A stretch of 64,000 bases of DNA from Eledone cirrhosa (Eukaryota): assembly GCA_964016885.1 (NCBI GenBank), contig OZ024742.1:156674001-156738000 (forward strand), given 5' to 3'. The position numbers and the translations under genes are program-made. Shown one piece after another: positions 49,642 to 63,825 of this stretch (the first letter of the stretch is position 1; each line of letters opens with the position of its first letter). The notes below the pieces were generated by a model, which saw nothing but the letters and a program-made list of their open reading frames with translations, did no database searches and had not been told where the DNA came from.

Positions 49642-52600
49642 TTTCTTTTATTTGCCACTAGGGCATCAAAAGTGGGACAAGTACAAAGGGGGGAGTTTAC
49701 ACAAAAAGGCGTCCTCAATAAGGAGGAGGCAATAACAAAATATAAAAATAAAATAAGATATAACAAAAAATAAAATTTTTAACAAAATCCTCAATAGAGA
49801 GGAGGCGCCTTGGGGGGTCGCACACACCCCCGAAAAAAGTGTGCAACCCTTCTCCTCAGGAGCACAGAGAAGGGGTGCTCCCTTGGTCTTTCATCTTCCT
49901 CACCTATAGTCTGATGTAGAGTGAAGGCCCATTCACACAGGCCATTCTCGCCACTTTCACCCATCTTTCATAGAAACGGCTGGGGTGCAGCACCTCTCTC
50001 TCCATCCTGATCCTTCTTCCGAAATGATATCGGAAGAAACGGACCAGTTGTTGGCCAGAGAGAAAGGTGCCCGACCTCAGTCCTTTCAGACGCGTCCACC
50101 ATACAACCTCTTTCGCCATGGCTATTACGCACAGAAACACCGCCTCTGCTTCATCTTTGAAGGGGGGAGGCGGCTTGATCATTACAATAGACTCGGTGGT
50201 CAACCGGATCGGTCCCACCCTTGACAGCAGTTGTTCGACATAGCCCCACAGATCGGCTACGCCCGAGCAGTGTACTAATGCGTGTGCAACGGTTTCCTCG
50301 TCGCACACGCATCTGGGACAGATCTTTTTGGCGGGGTCCCTACCCGGGCGCCCGTGTCTGTAGAGCCTTTCTCGAACGGGTAAAGCCCCTCGGTAGCACT
50401 GCCAGGCCAGGGACTTCTGGAAGTTGTCCATAGGTCCCGGGCTGAATGTCCTACCGAACAGGCTGGCCAGTTCGTCCTCCTCCATGTCTAGGGCTTCTCC
50501 GAGGGCGTCGTCGCACCTGCTGCGTACCAGCCCTCTATAGAATGTTGCGGTGGAGTCTCCACTGATAACCGGATCCGCCTGCCAGAGGGCGGTGAGCGCC
50601 TGGGCACACTCAGTGTGCCAGGCGCCCAGTTTTCTCGGTCTTTGCTTGATCCAGGATTGCAGCTCGGTGAGTGAGACGAGTCTGGGAAAGGTTCGTCTCA
50701 CAAACGAGGCCCACACCGGTTGTCCGGTGAGGAATACGTAGAGGTGCCGTAGCCTTAATGCGTGTTTACGCATCATTAGCCACGGCATCCCCAGCCCTCC
50801 TTTCGAAGGGTGTTGACAGCAGATGGATCTCCTCACCATAGGAGCCCGCCTCTTCCAAAGGAATTGGAAGAGCGCGCGCTCCATCTTGGTGAGGGTTTCC
50901 CTTGGGCAGGGCACTACGGTCAGGCGGTAGTAGATGACGGACGCTATGTAGGTGTTCGCCACCTCCGCCCGACCTTTCAGGGATAGTTTGCAACTGGCCC
51001 ACTTCTGGGTCAGTGCAAACACCCTGTTCGTAACCTCCGCCCAGTTTTTCTCCACCTGGAGGTCCGGTCCGAACCAGACCCCGAGCAACTTCACCGGGCC
51101 CTCCGTCCAGCGTCCGACGACGCTATCGGAGGGCATCGGTCTGCCCCTCCACGTGCCGAGTTGCAAACCGATCGACTTGTCCCGGTTCAGCTTAGCCCCT
51201 GTGAACTTTTCGTACTCCTCTAGTAAGGTGCCGACCGCCTCGATTTCGGAGGCCGTCGACACCATTACTGTCACGTCATCGGCGTAGGCCGACACCGCTT
51301 TCCGCAATCCCGGTTCCAAAGGGATGCCCTGCAACAACTCCAACTTCCGCAGTAGTGGCTCGAGAGTCAACACATACAGAAGGGAGGAGAGAGGGCACCC
51401 TTGTCGGATGGACCGCGCGATTTTGAACGGCTCCGAGAGGTAGCCGTTCACCTTGACCCTAGAGCAGATGCGGCTGCTGTGCATAGCAGTGATCCAGCCC
51501 CTGAAAACGGGTCCGAAGCCTGCCGCCGCTAGCACCGCATCCAGGTAACCATGGTCGACCCTATCGAACGCCTTAGATTGATCCAAGTTGATCAGAGCCC
51601 CACCAAAGCCGGGTTCGTTCCCAACCCTCTCTATGATGTATCGCATGAGGTGGAGGTTGTCATGGATGGACCTGGACGGGATAGCGCATGTCTGCGCATC
51701 TCCCACCAGGTTGCCCACGACAAGCGCCAACCTCTTTGCTAGCACCTTGGCCAAAATATGTAACTCTGTATTTAGCAGTGTTATGGGCCTGAAGTTACTT
51801 ATTTCGTCCCCCTTGTTCTCGTCCTTCCTCACTAGCGTGACTACGCCCTTGGTCACAGTACAGGGAATTCTCCCGTTCTGTTGCCAGTTGCAGTAGACCG
51901 CCTCGAGGAGATCGGGGAACAAGTCCGGCATAGCTAGATATAATTCGTAAGGAAGACCATCGAGACCCGGGGATTTGCGTTTGCCGCATTGGCTCAGCAC
52001 GTCCTCTATCTCAGCGGCCGAAATCGGCTCCTCGCAGGACTTCGCCTCCCTGTCCGAGAGGCGCGGCAGGCCGTCGAGGTATGGACCGAAGTCCACGTTC
52101 CCAACCGGCTCCCCGCCCCTCCCGAACAGTCGGGCAAAGTGCCTTTGAAAGGCCTCACACATCTGCTTAGGCTCAAGAATCGCCCGTCCATCCAGGTCTC
52201 GCAAAGACCGGATGGTGGATTTAGTTCCACTGTTGGCCTCTGTCACGCGGGCCCAGCTAACAGCTTTGGTCCCCTCGTTCCCTAGAGCACGTATTTTACT
52301 TCGGACAACGCAGCCTTCGTGCTTCGCGTCGAAAAACTGGCTCAAAGCCGTTCTCGACGCTAGCACTCTGGCCACGTCGCCGCTTCTAATTGCCTCTTCT
52401 ACTCTATCTATTAGCTCCCTTTCCTTCCTATTCCTATCCGCAGCTAGAACCTTACTAAATTCTATCGAGACTACTCTAATCTCTCTCTTTAGAGATACCC
52501 ACCACCTGCTGTTGACGATCGCTCCAGTCAACCGTTCCTTAACTAACGTACTAATCCGATTCCTGTAGGCTCTACTTGCCGGCAAGGACAAGTTGAGCTT

Positions 52601-53891
52601 CCAGTAACCGGGGCCCTGTCTATGAGTTCTGTCAAGGTTGACCATGCAGGTCACTAATTTGTGGTCTGAATAGCCAACCATGCGCATTTTTAGACAACTT
52701 AAAAAGTCCTTATCCTCAATTCTAACTAAGAACCTATCTAGGTACGACCTAGATGATCCGCTACGATTTGCCCAAGTCCAGGTTGGCGTAGTCGGAAAAT
52801 CTAGTCGATATCTATCGGCCAGGTCAAATCGACCGATTAACCCTTTGAGGCTATTACACCCCTCTCTATCGGGGCAGGCCCCTACGTAGTCCCAGCGTGC
52901 ATCTAGGATACCATTCCAGTCCCCCACTAATAGCAAGGAGCGGGACGTCCCTAGAAAAGTCTCCAGACGATGGAAGAAGTCCGGCCGCATTGACCCGAAA
53001 GGGCCGTAGGCGGCTACCAACCTAAACGCTCCGTCTTTACCACTGCCAAGGTCCAGAACCACTAGTCGACCCTCCGGGTCCAAATGTACCATCTGTGTTG
53101 CGAGACCCAGATGTTTTTGCAGCAGAACGACAACTCCACCCCCACCTCCGGGCTGACAGAGAGATGCGTGCATCTCAAAGTCATCAAAGGTGGGGGCCAG
53201 CTGTCGCACGTTGCTGATCCGGGCCTCGCAAATAACCATCACATCTATACGTTGTGACCTGAGGTCATTTAGAAGCATTGCTTGCTTCCAAGTTGAGCCC
53301 AGGCCACGCGCATTTAAACAGCCTACTCTTAGCATAGCCATGTTGGTGGTGAAGAGAAAAGGCACTTACCTCTCTGCGTCCCGGGTATCGGGCTGCACAA
53401 TTTCCATTAGGGTGGGGGATGGGTTGTTGGGTGGGGTGGTGGTTTGTGGAAGTGTGGGGGCATCAGTGTGTTGTGTGGTTGGGGAGCTTGGAGTTGTGAG
53501 GGTGTTTGGGGAGGGGGTGGGATAGTTTTTTAGGAGGACGCGGTTAATGGGCCCGACGCAGGGGGGACCCACGTCCTCTTTAAAATTGTTTTTTAAAGTT
53601 TTATAGGTGTCCTGTGGGGCCTTAATCATTTTGAGGTGGGGGAAATCCCCTGCCTGGGTGAAGTTAGGCCCTTGTGTTTTTATTAGATTGTTGTTGTACA
53701 CAATGTTTAACAGTTTTTTGTTTCTTGTATTTATGTATGTGTATGCATGTTTTTGTTTTTGTGTGGTGTTTTTTGTTTGCTGTTGTGAGCTCTTTTGTGT
53801 TGGTGTCAGTGTTATGTTTTGGTGTTATGTTTTGGGGAGGGTTTTTTTTCATTTGTGTGTCTGAGGTGTGTTTTCTTTTTTTTCTTTTGAT
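49642..53891 (-). mobile_element. 5'-truncated L1/Tx1 element inserted in (ATCT)n
   Basis: ORF1 3' remnant 53366-~53890, intact ORF2, 3' UTR ending AATAAAAGAAA; ATCT repeats at both flanks. Confidence 0.95.
49904..53342 (-). CDS. Intact LINE ORF2 (APE endonuclease, RT, zinc finger), ~1145 aa from MAMLRVGCLNARGLG
   Basis: Uninterrupted ORF with GDWN, YSDH, YADD and CPRC..ETVAHALVHC; clearly homologous to 40856-44276. Confidence 0.95.
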
Positions 53892-53892
53892 T

Positions 53893-53924
<32 letters not shown>

Positions 53925-53999
53925 TATAATAGATATATAGATAAATAGATATGCCTTCCAAGTCAGTTTTTCCACATAAAACAGGAAAAATTAAAAAAA

Positions 54000-54240
54000 A
54001 CTGATCAGATTAGGGCAAACATCACGTGCACTCTATCTCAGAATTACTTTTGAAAACCATAAGAAATGCGCAACCGGTAAAAACTTAAAACTAAAACTGA
54101 ATACTAATTAATATTTATTACTAATTTATACTTATTCCTAATCAAAATGTTTTACACTGGGAAACATCTGTCCCTATTTTCTTTCCTTTTTACTAATATA
54201 TCACAACTCATGTGTCACACCTCTATTTTTTTTAAATATA
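54000..54240 (+). mobile_element. Pseudo-LTR fragment (family of 6978-7910)
   Basis: Homologous to 7716-7910, including TTGAAAA..TGC-GCAA-CCGG-TA; ends in (TA)n. Confidence 0.7.
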
Positions 54241-54267
54241 TATATATATTTAAAGGATTGTAAATGT

Positions 54268-54416
54268 ATGACCCCGACGGCAGAGCTCAAGCTGTTTCGA
54301 CGGCTTGAGTTCTGCCCTCGTGGTCATACATATTCCTATTACCCACTCTACTAACCTAAGTATTGAGTACTCCGGTGCGTTATTTTCCGTCTGTTTCCTT
54401 ACCATAACTCCTTCGT

Positions 54417-54420
<4 letters not shown>
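54268..54420. mobile_element. Fold-back pseudo-LTR fragment (family of 35325-35518)
   Basis: Hairpin GGCAGAGCTCAAGCTGT-TTCG-ACGGCTTGAGTTCTGCC, then family sequence running to (TA)n. Confidence 0.7.
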
Positions 54421-54509
<89 letters not shown>

Positions 54510-54529
54510 TGTTTATTGTGCTTAAATAG

Positions 54530-55315
54530 TGAGTCATGTAATTTTGATATTTTACCTTCGTACTCACATTATCATCAACGCTGTCTGATTTATATTTGAC
54601 TGCCCCGGTGTACCTTCAAAATATTAAGACTCACAACTAAACTTCTGTATTAAATACTATTTATCGCCCCTCAACTTCATACGGATATATATAGTATTGA
54701 TACATTCCAACCCAAGCTAAATGAAGAATAATAATGCTTAGGGGTATTACTCTTACTATGACTACGCCTACGACCCTGTCGACTAACACCACAGACAACA
54801 AAAACAACAACAATAAAATAATAAAAGTGATGTTGATATGAATATTACTGAAGATTTTTATAAAAACCCTCGAAAATGCTATTTTCATCATTTCTAAAAA
54901 CAGCAAAACAATTGATGCTTTGGATAGGCTCAAATAGAATAGCTAGAGATGCTCAACCAACTGTGACGACTAAACCAATCAGCTTTAGTAATCTAGTGAA
55001 ACTACACACCGATTTACAGTTTGCCAAACTTAGCATCCTGTAGCCCCTTTTTACTGTATATAAAGCACATAATTTATCCATCTCATAAGAATTGAAAATT
55101 GAAAAACTTTACTATCACCACTGTATATGAACCTGAAGATTGTGAAAGCATGAAAGTACTTGTTCAATTAGCACTTAACATTTAATATTCTGCCATACTA
55201 TTTCATTATAACATCATTATAATTTTAAAGGTTTGTAAATAAAACGAGTACATCAGACAAAGTTTGAATTCCTTTTATTAATATAATCTTCTATACACAA
55301 TCATACACACACGTG
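54530..55315 (+). mobile_element. PLE 3' fragment with minimal hammerhead at 55129-55165
   Basis: IDTFQPKLN (GIY-YIG C-terminal-like) at ~54696; GAAC-CTGAAGA-TTGTGAAAGCAT-GAAA-GTAC-TT-GTTC, palindromic stem III AGTACT. Confidence 0.65.
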
Positions 55316-55394
55316 TATATTTATTTATAAAAATATATCTATATATATATGTGTGGGTATGTGTGTGTGTGCGTGAGAGATAGAGAGATAAAGG

Positions 55395-55467
<73 letters not shown>

Positions 55468-56419
55468 TGTATGTGTTTATTGTATTACAATTAATAATGA
55501 TAATAATAATAACATAATTAATAGTTAAAATCTATATCGAGAGCTTTCGATGTCATTGCTTACAATTTTCTCAGCAAATTCATTGACAGCACATGTATAA
55601 GATTAATTGCAATACAACAATCCCAGCCAGACGCCTAAGCTAGAAAAATAGTTTCATTATTATATGACAGATTAACATATGAAAACGTTAAAGTACTCTT
55701 AATTCCATCAATAAAACCACCAGTATCGTCTTGCTTTAACACTCAAAATCCCGCAGGATTAGTAAAAACAACGTCTAAACTGGTAAAATAATATTTCAAA
55801 AACCGTGGAAAATCCACTAGTCACCTATTAATAATAAATTATGTATCTGATCAGTGTGGTATATCATGCTGGTGAACTTCAGCGCCTGACTATACAATCT
55901 AGAGAGCAAAATGAGGAGAGGGTGAAAGTAAATGTTATTGACTTCATTTCGTTATATAAATGAGGTTTTAATAGTAAATTCTAATTTAGACAGAATGCGA
56001 GCAGTTTGCTGAAGCGGAGATTTCATTATACAGACTTAAATATTTTACTGTTATTTTATTTAGAGAACCCAGGAGGACGACGGCGAATTTAACATCGGAG
56101 AGATGTGAACGTAAAAATAAAAGGACAATCAATACATACAATAAGACATATTGTGTGAGGCTATAACTATTCAGCTGAACCACCAACTTAGCCTTGAATA
56201 AAGGTGCATGTCTAATAATTGTATGTGTCTGACTGTATTCACAACTAGCTGGATGTGACCAGTATCAACTATAACTATATCTCGTTTGTATCTATGCATC
56301 GTAACCCACAATGTGCTATAAATATGTGTTTCCATGGAATTATTTCATTGTTAGAAATAATGAATCTAATATTCTATATCGCCTGCGAGTGAAGCACCCA
56401 TAGGGAAATAACCATAATA

Positions 56420-57157
56420 CAAATGTCTCTGAATGGGACCCATATTGATAGATGGTAAAATCTATGGTAAGTTATTCAGATCTTATGTATCTTGGTATTT
56501 AACGTATTTTGGTTTGTGGATCAACAACTCACTGAAAGTGCTGGACACTAGAAGAAAGTTAGCCTGGACAGTTGCAAACAAAATGGATGTCATTTGGAAT
56601 TCATAATTGAACAGAAAAATAAAAGTTAGATTCCATCGATTAACAGTTGAAAGTGTTCTTACCTGTAGAACGAAAGGCTGGGCACAAACAAAACATAGGC
56701 AGAGGCGGTTAAGATGGCACATCTATAAAACTACTCGGAAAAGAGCAAAATCCATCACTGATGGAGGACAGAGCGAACGAGTGTCTATACGGAGACCTGA
56801 GACCTATTACATACGCCATATTTGTTAGAGGATTCGGTGTCATGGGTCATGTATGACGTAAAGTAGAGAACAGGCCGATGAATTACATAGATTACTGATA
56901 TGGTCAGCAACACAAGATAGTAGACAAATCCTACGTTTCTGGAGCGAGTTTTTGCAGATAAGAATCGTAGAAAGAATGAACTCGCGAAGCCATGCTGGTT
57001 AGTGAAACGAAGTAGTATAATCATCAACTCTTTTTAGAGGATGATAAAATGACTGACTGGTAAAGAGTGTCGGGTTATTCGAGGCTATGCTAGTTGACTA
57101 ACAGTGCCGTTTTGGGTCAAGAAGAAGAAGAAGAAGAAGAAGAAGAAGAAGAAGAAG
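56420..57157 (+). mobile_element. Old RTE-type LINE 3' fragment with (GAA)n tail
   Basis: Degenerate YFGLWIN...RRKLAWTVANKMDVIWNS*LNRKIKVRFHRLTVESVL...GW; terminal GAA repeat 57119-57157. Confidence 0.6.
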
Positions 57158-59261
57158 ATTTTATATTATTTTTCTTTGAATCATACAAATTTACCCAACA
57201 AACACCGTGTTTTGATATGACCCAATAGAGACATTCTTGGTGGCTGATAGATGTCATTCTCAAAAAAAGGAATCTCCCCACATCCATCCCCCACAGAAAA
57301 CTCACTGCTAGGTTTCCCAAGGGGATCACATATATCTGGCCGATAACTCTCATTTACAAATAATGATTAGGAACAGCAATCTAGATGGAATGCAACTCTA
57401 TTAGGTTTTACGACTTTTGTTCCAATTATTCGAGTAACAGAACTGCAGGGAAATCACTTTTTATATGTTTAAGCATTTCACAGAAATGATTCAGATTTTC
57501 ACACTGTGCGACAAGGTTGGTTTCTTTTAGTAAAGCTGCACTGCATTCGATCGCATCAAATATTGTTCTTTTATTCAATTTTAATCCTAAAGCATACGTC
57601 GTCTGCCCATGTTTATGATTTTTATCTCACACATTTTAGCTATACATCTTTGAGAACATTTACTAGTTTGTTACTTTTCCGATAACGGATTTCCTCTGAA
57701 ATAGGCAGCTATCATAGCAGTTCCAATCTCTTACACAGCGCATTTACCTCTAGATTCAGTGTGGGATTCGTAAAACCATACGTCCTAGATTCATGTCATA
57801 TGACACTCGACTGTGGCTCTTACATTCGATGAATTTGTTGAAAATGGTGTTAATACATTCGTCTTCGGAAAGCGTCGCCTTCTGTTTCTTCTAATGGCTT
57901 CCAGTCAAGTTACATCCAAGCAGCAGTTGTTGATTCTTACTCACGCACCAACAAGTTTTAATTACGCATTTTTTATGCCATTCCCTTCCCAAATGATATT
58001 AAAGAAATGCCTGCAAAGAGCCACAGAAAATCCTCCTCGTTTGTATTGATTATCACGCTTAGTTCGACCATGAACTTCAAGAAATAAATATCAGTTACTT
58101 GCTACATAGTTAAATTACAGATAAAATTCACCGGGTCTAGAGTGGGGAACAGGAAATATCCCGCGATAATAATAGCGATCATAAATTATTCATCAAACAA
58201 CTACTCTCCATCAGAAAACAAATGCAGTTTATTACATTGAGAGTAGCTCCTGGCGAAGACACATACACAAAGTAGAAATGACTACATCACAATGACGAAA
58301 CATCGTCTTGAAGAACTTACGAAAAATTGAAACACGAAACAAGACATGATAAGTGTGACGCTCAGTAGAGTACCTTAGCTACGTCATATGTCCGAACTAA
58401 GTTGATCATTGTCCAAAACACATTCATGCTAGATTTGTTACAAAAAAGGGTACCCTACTTTCGACATGAGGATGACCATCAACAAATATAAACCTCAGAT
58501 CAATAACAGTTCCATCTAATATTTCTATAATTGACTCAACCACTCTGGGCTCACTGAATTCGCGCCAAATCCATGGACACTTTTCCTGTCGCCATACGTA
58601 ATAATAATCGAGAATAACTGCAACACATTTAGTTCATCAATCTACTGTTTCCAATACTCCGTATCTTATTATTAGTTTCGTTTTATATTTATATATGTAT
58701 TTGTTTCTTACCAAATCCATATACTATCGTATTTATTATTTTATTTGCTGAACATCGGTGACGAAATCTGCGAGGAAAAACTGGTTTGCTGGAACTAAAT
58801 TGTACATATCTATGGAAAGGATCTGGGATAATGGATTAGTTATATGAAATCTGAATCCACGAATAGTTTGGACATAGTTTCAGTCGTTTCTAATATATAT
58901 TGGAATAAATCAAAACCTCTTGGCACTATTTTACTCATTTAATGTGCATTTCCCGATTTCTGTGTATCTGCAACATCAGACTTGCTGATATGTATTTCTA
59001 AATGACATAAATAACATTGAAAGCGAATAAGCTTATCAATTAAGTGCATGAAGCAGTTGAACCGGTTATTAAAAGTTGCGAACCAATTAGCATTTGGGAC
59101 AATCAATGATGGGTTAATAATCTTCCAATAGCGAATTTAGTAGGCCAAAGCTGCAAGATGGTGACCCTTATGCTTCTGGGTGTCAGATCTGACCGCCATG
59201 GGTGACCCTACCAGTTTTCCAGACGGCATAGCTCCAACACATCCAAGACCTGCACCAACAT

Positions 59262-62200
59262 CTATAGCACCTCTTTGTAGACGATATTGTGTGTCATCCC
59301 TTGAGGAGTGTAAGCAAAAATTCCATTCCTGCTCCCTACGCGGGAACAGGCAAAATAAAGTAGGCCATGGGAGAAGCATGGCTCCACCAAATGGATGCCC
59401 GCCACCGACAACATTTGCCCTTCTGACTTGTTAATGGACATGGAAGAACATTGTCTCACCGGGTATTGGGTTCGCCGGAAATCGAACGGGATATCTGACG
59501 CCGAAGGGAAAAGGTTCATCCTTGGAATGAAAACATTCTCCCCTCTCCCGCACTCCGTTACAATGGTGGCCTCAATCAAGTGTGGTGTCAGTGACTTGAC
59601 GAACATGCGAGTACAGTTGCACTGCTTTGGTGGACGCAATTTCCTTATTAGCATAATGGGACAGCCAAACCTAAGCTTAAGAATGTGAGGTGTGAGTCCT
59701 GGGGACTCAAGGGAATTTAATAACTCAACCGGATAATTAACGATATCGTCGGGGTCTGACGTCCGGTCGATTGATTTAAAGATGTGCTCTTTACCGGGAA
59801 TCTTCTCAATCAGCTTATCGTTAATAAAATTAACCATGGTATTTTTCGGAGCAAGGATGGCTCTTTCCCCCAGCCAATCGAGGTTTTTAAAGTTAGTTGA
59901 GACATTAGGAAAAACTGCTTCCCAAAGTCAGAAGGGCTACTCACGATGTTACTCAGGAAGTTGATTGCTATACCGCCCTTGTCATCCGCAGGGACCTTGC
60001 CCTCACCAAGTGCTAAAATGTTCTGAGCCAATGCTGCAAACATGTTGTCACCATGCAAATGAGTACGCATATTTGTGATCAGGTACAAATGCTTCACTTG
60101 GAGCCACAATATGGACGATTTAAGGCAGGCACGCACCTCATCAGTTTTTGTTCCTTTGAGGATGACGGTCAGCGTTTGCTCAAAATCCCCTGATAGCAGA
60201 AGGGTTACGCCACCCATAGGAGCCGTATAATCCGTAATGCCTTTAAGGGTCGTGTCCAATGCCTCAAAGGCACCCTTGTGTTCCAATGCACACTCATCCC
60301 AAACAATGAAGCAACATTTTATGAGGACCAGAGCTTCGTGTGAACTCTTGCTGATATTGCATGTTGGTCTCTCAGTTTTTATTAAATCCAAGGTGAGTTT
60401 AAAGGTTGAATGTGCTGTCCTGCCCCGGCAGCAAAGTAGCAGCGATCCCGGACGATGCAACGGCCAGCGCAATTTTTTTCTCCTTACAAATCTTAGCGAG
60501 AATCAATTTCGTTACAAAAGTTTTTTCCGGTACACCCAAGAGCACCGAGAAAATAAATACCCGTGTCAATAATAGTTAAATAGGCCAACCTTTGGTCCGA
60601 CAGAAGTTTGGGATCATTTTCCTCTAAGTATTGGGAAATATTTTCGATGTCATATGCGGTTTCCCGCAACACATCCGGGGCCAACGTGTTAGCTTCCTCT
60701 CTGACAGTTGACGGCAAGCCATACGTCCTCAGACATGAAGTCTCTGTACTTGACCCATAAAGATTTGGGATCACCCAATTCACACTTTTGAAGCAAAATG
60801 GCAAAGAGTTCCCGTAGACCTTTATGTGATTTGAACAAAGTGGAATCGCATTGCGAATCATCTTCCAAAAGACCACGCTTAAAGCAGGCTTCCCGGTATT
60901 TATCACATATTTCTCCATCAACAGTGTTGAGGTTGCGAAAATGTTGTGGGCCTACAACTTCATACAGAAGAAGGATGAGATGAAATCACTCATGCTGACT
61001 TGGGGGCACAGTGTAAACCCTTCCAAGACAGCTGTCAAATTTTACATCAGTATGTCTTTCAGCAGTCTGACCTGACTTTCTTCGCGCCCAAGTGTTTTTC
61101 GACTATATAAAGTAGGATGGAACCTGGGGTTACACAATTGTTTGCGCAAATGGATCGAACTGGCAAAGTTTGAAGAAACCTGTCAGAGTGGCCTCTTTCG
61201 AATCGGCGGCCAACTTGACGGCGGTTTGGTCCGTAAAGTAAACCCTTTGCCCATTTTCCAAATGTACCTCAAACTGTACGATAGTGGGGTGCCGTTGGTG
61301 TAGGGGTAAACCAAAAAGGCACCAAAAAGCTTCATTGCTACTGATATACCGCCCCGCCAGGTATTCTGTGAACTCGTCCCTGCTATTTTCAGCTTGAAAT
61401 GCGAACATTGCGGCATCAGAGCCATTATTTACATATTTGCATATGTATTTTATCGACTTGACGGAGTTGCAAAACTAACGTTGAAGTGGGCGTTGAACAT
61501 CTTCAAGAGAAGCGGGCCGTTCTCGGGCCGACTCCGCCTGCACAGGGGGTACCCGTCGCCACCAGTCTGAGTCTGGTCAACAAATGTTTTGGCTATCCCT
61601 TACTGCACGCCCCCCCCCCCCATTTCAGACGCATGTGATGCTCGGTAGGACCAGACGCACAATGTTAGCTTTGACGATGTCATGTAATTCCTGGTCAGTT
61701 GCTGGGTTAGGGATTTCAGCCGAAATGAAGCTGTCTATGGCATTTGAAATGATTTTATCAGCTAACCAAATCAAAATGTGAGCATGTGGCAGCCCTGGCT
61801 TTTCCATTCGACGGTGAACATATCACATTTTAGAGCCCCAAATACCTGACCCTTTTTGATTAACGCCATGAGTTTAGCCAGTTTCAGTCTGAACACTCTG
61901 GCAATGAGGTCATGTCTGTTCGAATAATTTTGCCCAGGAAAAGTTCACGGGTTACATTCCGATTCATATGTCTGTAGCATTAATCTGTTATATGAAGTGT
62001 TATTTTTCGGGTTGTTATTTGCAATAAGCCGGTTGAAAGTGCCCCAGATAAGCCGTATGTCAATACGGAACGCTTAATACGGAACGCGCCACTGCAGTGT
62101 TGTCATATATGGGGTGAAGAGCGACAGAGAGAGTAAAGCAGTTAAATTATAGAGAGAGGGAATATAGGGAACGCGCCATTTGGTCATAAACATCGTTTCT

Positions 62201-62450
62201 CTCTCTGCAGTGTTGTCATATGGGGAGTGGAGAGCGACAGAGAGAGTACAGCAGTTAAATTATAGAGAGGGGGAATGATCATGATCTATTTTTGCCCATA
62301 TTGTTGATCGATTTGAAATGTGTTTGCCTCATGACATCTTCCTGACCAAAAACACTAATTGTTCCCAGTTTGAATAGAATCCGTTGGAAATTGTGGAGGT
62401 GCATACGTTACAAACTTTAACACACAAATCCTCAGCTTTATATATATAGA
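59262..62450 (-). mobile_element. Degenerate Helitron (RepHel pseudogene)
   Basis: Rep HUH motif GLPHAHILIWL..ISAEIP; GRYISSNEAFW..HP.IV...VHLENGQ; helicase GRTAHSTFKL, IVWDE, GGVTLLLSGDF.QTL, QYPVR..MSINKSEGQ, CFSHGLLY.ACSRVG. Candidate 5' end TCTATATATATAAAG at 62450. Confidence 0.92.
62092..62272. repeat. 113-bp-period tandem duplication in the Helitron 5' region
   Basis: CTGCAGTGTTGTCATAT...GCAGTTAAATTATAGAGAG at 62092 and 62205. Confidence 0.8.
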
Positions 62451-63723
62451 TGTATACACGTGTTATATCATTTAGGAATATATAAACACAGAGAAACACA
62501 CCCGGATGTAACGCTTGCGCAACGTAAGTACACAACACGCAACGCACAAAATTAAGATGGTGTAGGGCACAAGAGAGACACAAAAAATAAAAGCGTAGTC
62601 ACTGACGTGTTCACAGAGCTTTGACAATATATAAACAACCTTCCGGTTATCGAACTAACCAACCAAACGGAAATATATATTAAATTGAAGTGAAAACCAC
62701 TAGGTGCGTCTTTTTATTGGCAGCATGAGCCTCCCAAAATGTAACAATATATATATATGCATATATACATATATACATATATACATACTATATAATGTCC
62801 ACTTATGGTGTCACAGGTGGGTGATGAAAGAAATTTGATAGACTATATATATAAATATATTTAAATCTATATTCTTATCCGTTGGTGAATCAATGATGAA
62901 CTTTGAGTGCCAGTTAAATTAACTATAGGCTTATAAAATATACACAAGCGAAAACCAATCCAAAACAAACAGTGAGTGTTTTATCATTATTTCTGGTAAT
63001 ATTATGACAATATGTTCCTCTCCAAATATAACAATATTTGTTTCATTACACGATTTCATATTAAAACCCTTGCAAATAATTTCATCGTCGTCACGGCATT
63101 TGTTTATGCCAAGCTGAATAGCTATTGAAAGAAATGGTTTTCAGTTATATAATAACTACAGTAACAACAGAAAAAAATCGCTACTTGAAACATTGTATTC
63201 TCTTTAAAATATACAACAGAAAGATTAAAAAAAAAAAAAATGCCGAACACTAAACCGCACATATATATATATATAAAACTGAGGTTGTCTATATGTCTGT
63301 CTGTCTACTAAAGATTTCGGCACATATCTCCTCCTAAGAGGAACGTTTAAATTTCGGTGAAATTGCTTCAATGATAGATAAAGTTCCGGCGGATACATCG
63401 GTCATACAAATTTTCCAATCGCCCCACGCCAAATTGCAAAATCGAATTTGTAATATATTGATTTTTCAGTTCAAATGTATAAATTGAGATGAGAGACGAG
63501 TTATTTTCCTTTTATGGCGTCCTTTGCTTATCTTTTTATGTTACGTATAAACGACGCGGTGGACCGAGAAGAACAATTTCATGCAAGTACAAGACCAAGT
63601 GTATGGCGTAAATGGAGTCGTTAGACTAATATTCTATTTAAAATAACAGAATGATTTCCAGCCCCGGAGTTTAAAAATGATGTAAATAAAATTGAAAACG
63701 AAAGTGACAGGTTATTAAAATAG

Positions 63724-63825
63724 TTGTTTCTACTTCTGACACAAGGCCAGCAATTACTCAGTACATTACTGGTACTTTATTTTATCGATCCCGCAAGGAT
63801 GAAAGGCAAAGTTAACCTCGACGGG
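63724..63825 (-). mobile_element. SINE 3' half, truncated
   Basis: Tail and core present; homology stops after AACCTCGACGGG. Confidence 0.8.
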
